A program made the translations under genes and the position numbers. Positions 52,833 to 64,000 of a DNA stretch of 64,000 nucleotides are shown here, one piece after another; the first letter of the stretch is position 1, and each line of letters begins with the position of its first letter. The notes beneath the pieces are model-generated. The model searched no databases. It was not told where the DNA came from and saw only the letters and a program-made list of their open reading frames with translations. The stretch is taken from the IMG/VR virus record IMGVR_UViG_3300035499_000522, positions 32,001-96,000 of that record. One strand, written 5' to 3'. This stretch comes from a virus. Lineage: Duplodnaviria > Caudoviricetes.

Positions 52833-53306
52833 ATGAGAATTGCAGGAATTAAATATAACGATATAGTAGATGGCGAAGGAGTATGTGTTTCACTTTGGAC
52901 ACAAGGCTGTGTCTTTCATTGCAAAGGATGCCATAACCCAGAAACTTGGGATTTTAATGGTGGAAAAGAAATAGATAAAGAAATTTTAATCAACAATATA
53001 ATTACTGCAATATCAATTAATAATGTTCAGCGTAACTTTTCAATATTGGGCGGAGAACCCCTCTGCCCGCAAAACGCTGAAAATGTTATTGATATTATAA
53101 CTGCTGTAAGAGAAAAATATCCAGATATAAAAATCTTCATATGGACTGGCTATAAATATGAAAATCTTCCTTCCGCAATTAAAGAAGGAATATCTAAAGT
53201 TGATTATATAATAGATGGACAGTATGAAGAAGATAAAAGAGATATTGCTCTTTATCTCAGAGGAAGCACTAATCAACGCATATTAAAAAGAAATATTGAT
53301 TTTTAA
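52833..53306 (+). CDS. nrdG: Anaerobic RNR activase (radical SAM)
   Basis: C..HCKGCHN, LGGEP, RGSTNQR. Confidence 0.93.
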   Translation: MRIAGIKYNDIVDGEGVCVSLWTQGCVFHCKGCHNPETWDFNGGKEIDKEILINNIITAISINNVQRNFSILGGEPLCPQNAENVIDIITAVREKYPDIKIFIWTGYKYENLPSAIKEGISKVDYIIDGQYEEDKRDIALYLRGSTNQRILKRNIDF

Positions 53307-53357
53307 AAATATTTATGTTATAATATATATAGAAAAGATAAAAAAGGAGAAAAGAGA

Positions 53358-53729
53358 ATGGCTGATATTAGCACAGGTACTCTTTATGAAATTAATAAAA
53401 GCATAATGGCTAAAGAGCCAATATTGACTGCAAAGCAAATAATAGAAAAAGAAAAATTGCTTGTAGAATATTTTAATGATACTTCAAAAACTTATTATAT
53501 GCTTTTGAATAAAGAATTAAGTGATTATACAGTACTTCGCTTAGCAGATAAGAATTTTATTCATTCAGGTTTTGCCGCCAAAGAAATTATTGGTTGTGCA
53601 AACAATAGAGGAAAAATTCAGGCTATTGATAAGAATGAAAACAATGCTATTGAAATATGGATTATGATAAATAAAGAATCTTATGTATATTATTTGTTCC
53701 CATATGATGAAGGAGTAATTGAATGTTAA
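53358..53729 (+). CDS. Conserved phage hypothetical protein
   Basis: RBS, YYMLL...DYT...YYLFPYD. Confidence 0.7.
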   Translation: MADISTGTLYEINKSIMAKEPILTAKQIIEKEKLLVEYFNDTSKTYYMLLNKELSDYTVLRLADKNFIHSGFAAKEIIGCANNRGKIQAIDKNENNAIEIWIMINKESYVYYLFPYDEGVIEC

Positions 53730-54007
53730 AAGCAGTATGTAATATAAAAACATCTACTATTAAAGATAAATTTTATATAGTTAATGAAGATAATAATGAA
53801 ATTATATTTTCACAAGAATATAATTTATTAGATATTCTTGAATATACTGACTTTTTAGATATGATTCATTTGTATAATTGCAAAGAAATAAATCTATATG
53901 GAAATATGAAATATATAAAGCATCATAAACAAAGAATACAGAGTGATTTAGATGATAGATATGGTAAAAATTCTATTGTTGTAACCGCAAGTGAGGTAAA
54001 TAAATGA
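53723..54007 (+). CDS. Hypothetical protein
   Basis: Overlapping operon ORF with RBS. Confidence 0.6.
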   Translation: MLKAVCNIKTSTIKDKFYIVNEDNNEIIFSQEYNLLDILEYTDFLDMIHLYNCKEINLYGNMKYIKHHKQRIQSDLDDRYGKNSIVVTASEVNK

Positions 54008-54252
54008 TTAAGCATTTGATTAAAACAACTGAAACATATAGAATAGATAATGATGAAAATGTAAAAAGCTTTTTGGAAGAGCTTAAACGTGACCCCAATT
54101 TTGAATTGGCTAAATATAGTAGTACAAAAAAAGTAGCCAAAGAAAAGGGTGAAATTGTGGATGAATGGATTCATCTTGAAGTAACCAAGATATTTGATGA
54201 TGAAAAAATGCCTATGAACGATATTGAAATTTCATATAATGCAGGAGAATAA
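54004..54252 (+). CDS. Hypothetical protein
   Basis: GAGGT RBS. Confidence 0.7.
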   Translation: MIKHLIKTTETYRIDNDENVKSFLEELKRDPNFELAKYSSTKKVAKEKGEIVDEWIHLEVTKIFDDEKMPMNDIEISYNAGE

Positions 54253-54254
54253 AA

Positions 54255-54686
54255 ATGACTGTAAAATTTATAAAAAATCTTTCTAATGCAAAAACACCAA
54301 CAAGAGGAAGTGAATATGCGGCAGGATATGACCTTTATTCAGCTGAATCTGGTTTTGTTCCTCCTCATTCTACTAAAACCTTTAATACTGGTATTGCTAT
54401 TGAATTGCCTGAGAATACTTTTGGTGGAATATTCGCAAGAAGCGGATTAGCAACAAAGGAAGGGCTTCGTCCAGCTAACTGTGTAGGCGTCATTGACCAA
54501 GATTATAGGGGAAATATAATCGTTGCACTTCATAATGATAGTGATGAAGTTAAGGAAGTCACAGATGGAGAAAGAATTGCTCAATTGGTAATTTTACCAT
54601 ATATTTCAGTAGAATTTGAAGAGGTGGATAAGCTTGAAGAAACAGCGAGAGCAGCTGGTGGATTCGGAAGCACAGGTAAAAACTAA
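54255..54686 (+). CDS. dut: dUTPase
   Basis: AGYDL, RSG, GVID.DYRG, RIAQ, R..GGFGSTG. Confidence 0.95.
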   Translation: MTVKFIKNLSNAKTPTRGSEYAAGYDLYSAESGFVPPHSTKTFNTGIAIELPENTFGGIFARSGLATKEGLRPANCVGVIDQDYRGNIIVALHNDSDEVKEVTDGERIAQLVILPYISVEFEEVDKLEETARAAGGFGSTGKN

Positions 54687-54978
54687 AATTAAAAGTAAAT
54701 GGGAAATTAATTGCGATGGATATTATCCTTATTGTAGAAATTGCAATTATGAACCTGATGCTTATAGAAAGCCTCTTCCCAATATTTGTCCCAAGTGTAA
54801 AGCAGAAATGACTAATGCTAGGGAATTAAATAAAAGTTTTTAATTGAATAGTCATACACAAAATCATTCATAAATAAAAAATGCAGAATAGTAGGTCAGC
54901 TATTCTGCATTTTTTCGTCTAATAATTGACTTCCTAAAATTTTTATGTTATAATACAAATATAGGAGGAAGATATTAG

Positions 54979-55476
54979 ATGATTATTTTAGCGGTAGACG
55001 CGAGTACCAAGAGTTCAGGATTTTCCGTCTTTGATAATAATAAATTAATACATTATGAATGTACAACAGCATCAAGCACTGATGTTATAAAAAGAATATA
55101 TAAAATGGTAGATACTTTATCTAATTTAATTCAATAGTATAAAGTTGAAACAGTAATAATAGAAGAAGTAAGACCAGACGCGGGCGGTAGCAACCCAAAA
55201 ACTATGAAAGCTTTAATGTGGCTTTAGGCGGCAATCGCATTTAAAATACATGATGACTTTCCTAAAGTTAAAATAGAATATACATATCCAAGTGAATGGA
55301 GAAGTGCTTGTGGTATTCATACTGGCAGAGGAATAGTCAGAAGTACATTAAAAGAAGCTGATATATAGTTTGTTAAAGATATATACAATATAGAAGTAAA
55401 CGATGATATAGCTGATAGTATTTGTATAGGTTATGCTTATATAAATAAATTAAATAATGAAATTAATTATGAATAA
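54979..55476 (+). CDS. RuvC-like Holliday junction resolvase (3 TAGs), missed by the ORF track
   Basis: ILAVDASTKSSG, IIEE, P.EWR, NDDIADSI. AGGAGG RBS and promoter at 54926-54954. Confidence 0.85.
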
Positions 55477-55483
55477 AAAAAAG

Positions 55484-55512
55484 AGGGGAAATACTATTTA
55501 AGTATTTCCCCT
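55484..55512. terminator. Bidirectional terminator at the junction of the replication and late arms
   Basis: aggggaaatact / agtatttcccct. Confidence 0.75.
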
Positions 55513-55517
55513 TATTA

Positions 55518-55913
55518 TTATTTAAGCTTACTCATTAAAGAAGATAATTTAGATTGCATCATAATTTTTTCTTCTTGAGTAGCCATTCCCGCCATTTCTT
55601 CAACTTCTTGGCATAAATTAGATAAGTAATTATCTAAATCTTTCATCTAAATAGCTATATCTTTATGTCCTTCTTTTGATGTCACATAAGCCTTTTTAGA
55701 TGCTGCTAATTCAGTGTTATGAATATGTGCAGTAGCTACAGCTGGTTCCTCTTCCATAGCTTTAACTATTGAATGATAATACATTGCTTCATCAATATCT
55801 TTAATCATATCAATAACTTCACCCATTTCTGCAGTATTAACACATTGTGGGTGCTGCATTTCTATCATTACACTATTAATTAAAGTATTTTTTATTTCTT
55901 TTAATCTTTCCAT
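55518..55913 (-). CDS. Hypothetical protein (one TAG)
   Basis: EMGEVIDMIKD...YY...AM, readthrough to TAA 55518. Confidence 0.75.
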
Positions 55914-56335
55914 TATGCTACCCTCTCAACAATAAGATTAGCATTTTGTACATTGATTGTCTAAGTGCTAATATTTTTTATGCTTACTTGTACGCAACAA
56001 CCTTTTGGTACTTCAATAAAAATAGAACTTCCAACATGGTTATATAAGCTAACAGCACCGGGTGTAGAAATTGCAATAGTAGAATTAACTGCTTCTCCAT
56101 TTAAAGCAATAGCCACAGAAATGGCACCAGCAGTACCCGTGCTAGGTACTGCTATATTGCCATCAAAAGTGACTTTATATCTAGCTTTGCTTTGATTAGT
56201 AAGACCTCTGAGAGTTACTAAACCACTGCCCGAACGATGAAGAATAGAACAATTACCTTCAACAACAGCATTAGAAAATTGTACATCTTGATTTGCGGCA
56301 ACTGGTTGAACCGCAACTGCTGTATATTCAGCCAT
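55913..56335 (-). CDS. Beta-sandwich protein, BclA C-terminal-like (one TAG)
   Basis: H..GSG.VTLRG, Y.V.F.GNI, ends NANLIVERVA. Confidence 0.7.
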
Positions 56336-56354
56336 TATAAAGCCCCCTTCTTAA

Positions 56355-57122
56355 TTAGCATCCACAGCCGCAATTACCATACTGATATGGTGCAGCAACC
56401 TGAAATGCAGGAACTGGAGAAGGACGAAGTGCATTAACTAAGTAAGCATTCTGCTCCTACTGTGAATTAATAAGTCTAAGACTTTGATTCTCTTGCTGCA
56501 ATGTAGTAAGTTTATCCTGTACAAGGAAGTCAAGGATACTTCTTGTGTTGCAGTTATTTGCTTCGATAATATCTCTTGTAGAATTAGAAATGCCATTCTG
56601 AATAGCACAAGTATCAGTAGCCATATCATAACGAACCTGAGCAATATTCTCTCTATTATCGCAGCAACACTGAGCAAGCTGAGCCTACAGAGCATTAGCA
56701 TTCTGCATATTAGCAATGTTCATTGTATTTAAATCTTGCTGTAAAGTATTAACACTCTACTGCATACCATTATTTACGCTATTGAATCCTTGACAAAGTG
56801 AGCCTTGAATACCATTAAATCCCTAAAGAAGATTTGTATTCTGAGAATAGAAACCATCACAAATGCCAGACTGAACTCCTCTTACACTATTTTCTAATGC
56901 TTGGAAATTCATGTCCTGACACAAATCAGCTCTTGTCAAAGCACCTTGAGTAGCAGCGTTATTTCCGTTGTTACCCCAGCCATTTCCGCCCCAGCCCATG
57001 AAAACGAATAAGAACAAGATAATAATCCACCATGCACCAGAACCTGAACCAAAGCCATCATTGTTTCTACCAGAAGCAGTAGCGATATCACTCAAACTAT
57101 AACCTTCGCTTGTATTAAACAT
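56355..57122 (-). CDS. Gln/Asn/Cys-rich TM plus coiled-coil protein (4 TAGs)
   Basis: WWIIILFLF TM, QCCC, C-terminal CGCGC. Confidence 0.8.
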
Positions 57123-57162
57123 ATATTTTCCTCCTAAATAAAATAAAGCTTATTATATTATA

Positions 57163-57402
57163 TTAAAGTCCAAGAGTATTCTTGAAACTATTAAATTCTT
57201 TGTCAAAATCTAAGCCCTTTTCTTTCATCATATTTTTAGCTATATTTTCAATACTTTTTCCGTCACCTTGTTTAGCTAATGACAAAAGATTACTCATAAA
57301 AGGATTAGATGATGCTTGCTATTCTAGCATTTGTATAACCATCTATTGCGGGTTGCCGCAACTCCTAATCATACTAATTAATTGCATAAGATTAGTAGGC
57401 AT
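57163..57402 (-). CDS. Small helical protein (2 TAGs)
   Basis: GNPQ(Q)M...NPFMSNL...KEKGLD. Confidence 0.75.
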
Positions 57403-57856
57403 TTAAGTCAACCTCTTTTCGTGCGGGAACTGATTGTTCCTAAGCAACATTAACCACTTGTTGCTATTGAGTTCCCAATAAACTATTTAATTTTGTTTCT
57501 AAATTATCAATCTTCTATAAAATTTGATTATTTATATTATCATTCATTGTATTTGAATCTAATACTGGGGCTACAGGCTTAAATGTAACAATACTTGTAG
57601 TGCCATTATTATTCCAAGTTTTTATGTATATTTCACTTAAATCAGCTTTTGGAAAGACTCCATAAGCACCTATGGGAACTTCCGCAACCTTAACCATATC
57701 TGCACTATCTACAATTTTACCATTAATAGTTTGCTATTGCTATTGTATCTATTGCATTATAGGGCTGATTTGCTACTATACCTAAGGCTATTGCGTCATA
57801 TAATTATTATAAGGTGAATAATTAGGGTAATAGCCAGTAGGATTATAATAAGGCAT
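57392..57856 (-). CDS. Protein with a Tyr/Pro/Gln-rich N-terminus (many TAGs)
   Basis: Poly-Gln tract mixing CAA and TAG, then INGKIV...IYIK.W. Confidence 0.8.
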
Positions 57857-58005
57857 TATTTTTCTCTCCTTTTTTCTCTTAATATTTTTGTCATAAACTA
57901 TTAAAAATTTATTCATACAATTTTCATAACTCAGTCCAAATTTTCATAAAAATTATTTAAGATATAAAAAAAGAAGGTCGCATCCATTAGGATACGACCT
58001 TTTTA

Positions 58006-58227
58006 TTATATGTAATCTATAATTATATCTTTTGTATCTTCTTTAAAATATAAAGATTCTATATTGATATCTGACAATTCTAAAATACCATTATAGCTTA
58101 ATTTTATTTCTTGTCCGTTTAAAAAAATTACATCTCCAAATTTTGCCTAAATGCCTAAATGTTCACAATAGGTAGGAGATGAAAAAATTTCCGCCTTAGC
58201 TTTAAAATCTCCTGTAATCTATTGCAT
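58006..58227 (-). CDS. Small virion-region protein (TAG-recoded)
   Basis: GGAGG RBS, LGI(Q)A..G...LNG...GILEL...IIIDY, similar to the C-terminus of 59795-60385. Confidence 0.65.
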
Positions 58228-58228
58228 A

Positions 58229-59779
58229 TTATTCCTCCGTAATAAACCATACACTGCCAATAGGCATAGACTAAAATTGTGTAGTAATATTATCAGAATC
58301 ATCAGGACCTACTAAAACTCCACTTGAAGAACTAGGAGAACCTACATAATACCATCCCACATATGCACCATTCTTCAAAGTATAATCAAAAGCATAAAGT
58401 GATTTAGTAGAAGATTCATCTCCTATTGAAATAATTTTTCCATCTATTCCATTAGGATATTCTGTATTAAGATAAGATATTATTCCTGCATTAGTATTTA
58501 ATTGTCCATTATAATCATTAGGATTAAGATTATACTAAATATATAAACCACTATTATCTTTGATGGAACCCATATCTTCCCAATCAGAATATCCATCAAT
58601 CTCTTTAGGATATGCTTTACCAGAATTAACTACTTCTGTTCTTCTTGCTGGGTCACTATATAAAAATAATAAATGATTATCATCTGTTACTTTTGTTTTC
58701 ATTATATAATTAATAGGAGTACTTATAGTTTCAGTTGTCCCATCGTTATACGCAACTTTAAATGTCTAATCTCCATTTCCTTCTTTATCACCACTATCAA
58801 AAGTAACTTTAGTAGGATATAACATTTTCTAAGTAAATTTAGTTCCATCGTTATAAGTAATTTCAAAATTGCCATCATCTTTAATCTAAACTTTATCTAT
58901 CCATTTAAGTTTATATGTTACAGTATCTTCATAAGTATATTTAATAGTTAAAGTTCCGTCATTAGCCAAAGTGATACCACTATTAGGATTTATCATATTA
59001 TATGGACCTAGGTATATAGTTTTTTTATCTCCACCCGCCGCATAATCATAATAATCATATACTAATACTTCTCTTGAATTTAGAATATCATCCTACTAAT
59101 CTTCATAATATTCAATATTATTATCTGCTACTATTACTCTTAAATTCTAAATAGAATTACCTCTTGAGCCTTTCGGAATTTTCAGATTCCATTTTTCATA
59201 AAAGGGACGGCTATTTGTATTATCTCTTTTAAAAACATTTTCTTCTTCTACAGAATCAACTAATTCAGCATTAAATTCAAATACCGTATATGGAATAGTA
59301 AAACCTATATAAGCAATAGAGTTATTATTATCTGTATCTTTTACTGTACAATAAGACCATTTTATCTAATCATTATATATTATTTTACCTGAATTATCTT
59401 CTGTTTTTCCTGCTACTAAACTATTATTATCAAGAGAATAACTTCCACTACCAGAATCTGTTATATCAGAAGAAGAAAATTTATTTATATTATCAATAGT
59501 AGTAAGTTTTATATGAGACGCAGAACCACTTGGACCTACTATCTAGCCAATATAAATAGCACCATTAAGAGAATTACTTGAATATCCACGTCTGTATAAT
59601 TTACCATTATCAGTATCATTAGTATTACTTGGACTAATCATAACATATTCATCATAACCTACTGAACAATTATCTGTACCAAAATCAGCTATCATTGCGG
59701 CAATAGATTCATATGATTTAGCTATGATAAAAGAAGCTCCACGTCTGCCGCCATAAAAGCTTGTATCTATTTCTGCCAT
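58229..59779 (-). CDS. Tail/baseplate-region protein, about 516 aa (TAG-recoded)
   Basis: MAEIDTSFYGGRRG..., YIG(Q)IVGP.G, frame closes at TAA 58229. Confidence 0.7.
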
Positions 59780-59794
59780 TTAATTCACCTCTTA

Positions 59795-60385
59795 TTAATA
59801 TTGATAATCTAAAATAAAATTATTCTCTGTTGGAATAAAACCAATAAAGTTAATATCTATATTATTCAATTCATATAAACCACTTTTATTAACTCTAATA
59901 GGCTATCCATTAATACACATAAGCTGCCCCGGTTTTGCTTGCACGCCTATTTTATTTAATGTAGAAATACTTAAAGCGTTTAAAACATTATATATTTCAT
60001 ATATTTCAATTTCTATATCAGAAGTAGATAAAGTAGAATCAGATGAACAAACAATATAATTATAAGAACTTAATGTAGGTTTTAAAATATTCTCATAAAT
60101 AACATATTCATCATTTGTAGATTGTTTAGCAACTTTATACCCGCCTATTTTCTAGACATTAGAACTTGAATTTTCAATAGTCTATTGTAACATTACTGTT
60201 ATTGACTATGTACTATTTTGTTTTTTAATTTTTATTTTAAAATAATAAGGTTTAGAAATATTAAGAAAAGTAGAAAATTTAAAAGCTATTTTGCTTCCTT
60301 CCTAATAAGGTTCTTCTAATATATTCTGCTTGGTAATATAAGAAAAGCTATTCTGTTTTCTATATTGTTCTATTTTTATACCCAT
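59795..60385 (-). CDS. Virion-region hypothetical protein (TAG-recoded)
   Basis: RBS, ...IGVQAKPG.LMCING..IRV.KSGLYEL...FILDYQY. Confidence 0.7.
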
Positions 60386-60407
60386 AATATACTCCTTTTA
60401 TTCCTAA

Positions 60408-62306
60408 TTAGATTTTATCTAAAGCTTTAGTTGCGGAAATTGACATTGTATTATTTATATCAAGAGGCAAAGATATGGAATTAATCATATAATCTCCATA
60501 TATATTACTTTTAACATCCTATATACCAATTCTTGTGTTTGGTTCAAGATGATAAATAGGAATGCTCTAAATAGTAACTGTTTCATTATAATTAGTGTAC
60601 TAATATAATAAATCTTTTATCATATTAAAAGCACTATTGAATGAACCACCAAGAGCAATTAAAGAATAAATATCTGAAGGCACCTATACATAATCTTGCC
60701 CTTTTTTTATACATTCTTCTCTATCTTCCGCCTATGTTTCAGAACCAATTTCTATTAATACAAGGTCTGGAATTTCTGGTTCAAATACACAATTAATACT
60801 ATCATCAACAACAACCTTTGAGCGGCGACCTATATTACTTACGCTAAATTGTCCAACAGCCGCAGAAGAATCAATAAAGTCTAAAAAGAAATCTATATCA
60901 TATGGATATTGCTTTACTTCATCTAAAAAGTCACCTTTTTCTAAATCATATAGCTTAGGCCACTCATTAGCAAGTTCTGTATAATAATAATTAGAGTCGG
61001 TACCAAATGGGTCAGCCATTACTCCACCTAAATACAATTCACTTCGCCAATCAGTAGTAGTAATATTAGTACCTTTTCCGCTTTCTGATACTTTAGCTTT
61101 TGTTAATCCATCATCTTCATCTTCATAAAATTCTACATTATATGTATTTCCAGCTTTTGGTTTAGAATCAATAGCTAAATGATAACGAATTGGCAAACTT
61201 ACGCCATCAGCTGTTTCTCTTGTACCCCATACAACAAAATCATTTTTTATCATATTAAATTGTGGTGAATTAGAATATGAAGTTATAAGATTACTATTAT
61301 CAAAAGAATAAACAGTTTTTCCTTTGGTCATATCTACCAAATAATTATTATTATTTATAGCTTTTAAATCTAAAGTAGCCTAAGTTGTATTTAAATAGTT
61401 TTTAATTTCTTGAAATACAAAATTTCCGTCTATATCATAAAAATACTCATAATTTCCTAAAGTGCTTTTAATTGTATCTAAAATATCGCAAACAGTATCT
61501 CCTGCGTCTCCTATAAGCTCGCCCGGATAAGTAAAATCTGTATAGATATATCCTATATCCATTCCTGTTGAATACATTTGATATTCTACCTCTGTGCCCG
61601 CAGGGTCATTTAATGTTGGCGTAAATTGCTCTACTCCATCTTTTACCTATCTAATAATATATAAAGGGTCTGAACCTGTCCATTTCATAACCTATTTAGA
61701 ACGAGTATCTACATCACTAATAATAATTTTACCTAACTATTCATTACCAAAATGATTTACTAATTCCTAAATAATCTAATATATAGTAGGATTATTAATT
61801 ACAGAGTTTCCATCTTCATCAATATCTTCTATTTCATGAAAAGTAACAGATGCGGGAATCACACCACCGCATTCCCCATTTAATAAACACATTTTATCTT
61901 TTAACTATAAAGAAATTGTAGTGCCAGAAGTTTCGTGAGAAATAGATTCACTAATTAAAACAAATACACCTTGCGGAAACCATATAATTGGATAATCTGT
62001 ATAAAGCTAAGTGGTATTTGTAAAACCTATTTCCAAATTAGCTTTTTTATTGATTGAAATAATCTAATTTATATCATCATAATTAGTTTCATTATCTTCA
62101 ACATACATAGTAAGATTACAGGTACGACGAATAGAAGAACTACCATCAAGATTTAAACTACCACTTGTTACTTTTCCCTAAATATCTTGGACTGGATTTT
62201 CGTTCCAATCCAAGATAGTGATTTTTACAAATTGTTCTTTGATTTGCAATTCATCTATTGTTTTTAAGAAAGAAGAATCATTTAAATAAGGATAATTATA
62301 TCTCAT
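60408..62306 (-). CDS. Tail protein, about 632 aa (TAG-recoded)
   Basis: G.LNLDGSSSIRRTCNL, L.DKMCLLNG, YEYFYD.DGNFVFQE, PIYHLEPNTRI. The 60732 and 61380 fragments share this frame. Confidence 0.75.
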
Positions 62307-64000
62307 TATTTTTCTCCTTTCTATACTTCAATACCATATTCAATAGTAGATTCAAGTTCTTCAATATTAAGGTCAATAGCTTCAATTGAATTTATATTAA
62401 CTGATGCTGTATTAGTAATTCTTGTTAATAATCCATTAGAATTAAATGAATATAAAGTAATATCTTTATTATCATATTTCCAAACATCATCAGAAGTGGT
62501 AAATTTATTTAAATCTAATTCAGATTTTCTTAAAAATGTTCCATAAAAATAAAATTCATAAACATTTTCTTGAATTAATAAGCTACCTGTAGGTCCTATT
62601 ATTGTACGTTCTGGCTTTGTATCTTCTCCAGACTAAATGTATAATACAGTACCCGGGTCTGCCTCTATCTCTAATCTTGTAATATTTATAATAGATGAAT
62701 ATCTTTCATCATTATCATAATTATAAGTATCATTATCTTTTATCATCTCAACAATAGAATCTAAAGTAGTAAAAATATTTGTCCACTAAATAGGATAAAT
62801 AGTTTCATAAATTACTGCTATTGCAGTAGCTTTATTTTTGCTTGGTGCGGGGGAAGCATTACTATATACTTCTACTGTAGCTTTATAATATATATTAACA
62901 TCTTCCTATTGAGCAAATGTAATAGAATTAATTTCTATTTCATCTCCACTTATTTGATAGATACCATCTTCATTAATTACAAAAGGAATTTTATCTATAT
63001 AAATAATATATCCTAAATAAGTATTAGAATCAGAAGCAGAAGCAATTGTAGGAGTTCCATTATTATCTTTAATAAGATAAGGTTTACTATTAAATGAAAA
63101 TTTAATATTCTAAAAATTCTTAATAGCTGCTGTGTAACCTTCTTCAAGATTATTTTGTTCCTATTCTGTAATTAAATTAATAATATTCGTTCCTGCATTA
63201 AATATTGTAGTTCCATTATAAAATACCTAACTATAATTTTCATAGGTATCTTCTAATTCTCCATCACTTCCGCCAGTCTAAGTGTCTGTATCTGCCATAT
63301 ATTCACCAAGTGACTAAATATTATAATAATTATAATTTTCAATAGTATTATCAGCAACTTCATATGCAGTACAAGAAAAATTATAAATGTATCTATTTAA
63401 ACCCTATTCAGGAGATAAACTAACATTCATTAGTTTAACTAAGAAATTACCTTCGGTTGTAGATTTAAACAACTTAACATTATTATCATATAAGAAATCC
63501 ATAACTTTTTCTCTAAATTTCTTTTCATATAGATAATCATTATAGTTGTTTATATTTCTTTCTTCATTATATTTTACATAGTAATCTATATAATCTCCAC
63601 CGAATAATTCTTCTTTAGAAGTAAAAATTTCTTCTTCATCCATCCAAAAGGAAATCAATCCGGATATTGGAAGTTCTACGTAATTAACATTACCATTTTT
63701 ATTAATAAATGGATATTGAGAACCTATAGTATCAGTTTTACTTTCTGATACCGTTCTCTTATAAGAAGAAATACTTGGATTATATTTTATTTTAAGCTAA
63801 GTATTTCCACTTACCAAAAACATATCATTAAATACGCCTAATAAAGGTTCTTCATTTAGGATTGCGGCAATACCCCTGCTGCCATTAGAATATCCCTTTT
63901 GAATAGAATACTTATATAATACGCCACTTTCTATTGTATAATCATACCAAATTCTTTCAAATTCTTCTACTTCATCAATAGGCTCAATATGTACGTCTTC
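62306..64000 (-). CDS. Large tail/baseplate protein, C-terminal part (starts beyond the window; TAG-recoded)
   Basis: WYDYTIESGVLYKYSIQ, DTIGSQYPFI, KLFKSTTEGNFLVKLM. TAA overlaps the next ATG. Confidence 0.7.

Noticed and set aside
54616-54843. Zinc-ribbon ORF after dut
   Set aside because: CxxC...CPKC looks real, but the only start lies deep inside dut with no clear RBS, so I did not call it. It may be a remnant.

Overview
Part of a large, very AT-rich tailed-phage genome. The host is probably a Bacillota/Clostridia member, based on a CodY-type HTH, an HPr-like protein, sigmaA-type TG-TATAAT promoters and SH3b endolysin domains. The phage reads TAG as glutamine (genetic code 15). The supplied ORF track is fragmented at in-frame TAGs; reading through them rebuilds about 30 complete genes ending in TAA/TGA, and the window encodes a CUA-anticodon suppressor tRNA (4480-4570). 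Layout: (1) a higher-GC cassette with a GT8 glycosyltransferase (1-1705); (2) a nucleotidyltransferase, a 10-tRNA cluster interleaved with structured non-coding RNAs, and a DUF2828/TROVE-vWA (Ro60-like) gene (2376-7936); (3) accessory genes and an inverted three-gene fibre/LRR island (10684-15431); (4) an RNA repair set (ligase, kinase, phosphoesterase), PhoH and a lysis module; (5) a replication and nucleotide-metabolism block (gyrB with two group I introns, gyrA, ligA, ThyX-like, Sak4-like, DnaB, primase, RecJ, RecD-like, dnaE with one group I intron, gmk, nrdD/nrdG, dut, RuvC-like); (6) a minus-strand five-gene Gln/Cys-rich cassette and tail genes. The best candidate for an undescribed system is five copies of a terminal-stem RNA with an invariant CAGCAA motif placed between the tRNAs. 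One copy carries a circularly permuted tRNA-like module like bacterial YrlA Y RNAs, and the array lies about 1.4 kb upstream of the Ro60-like gene. This suggests a phage-encoded Ro/Y-RNA-like ribonucleoprotein system. All calls come from reading the sequence by eye; no searches were run.
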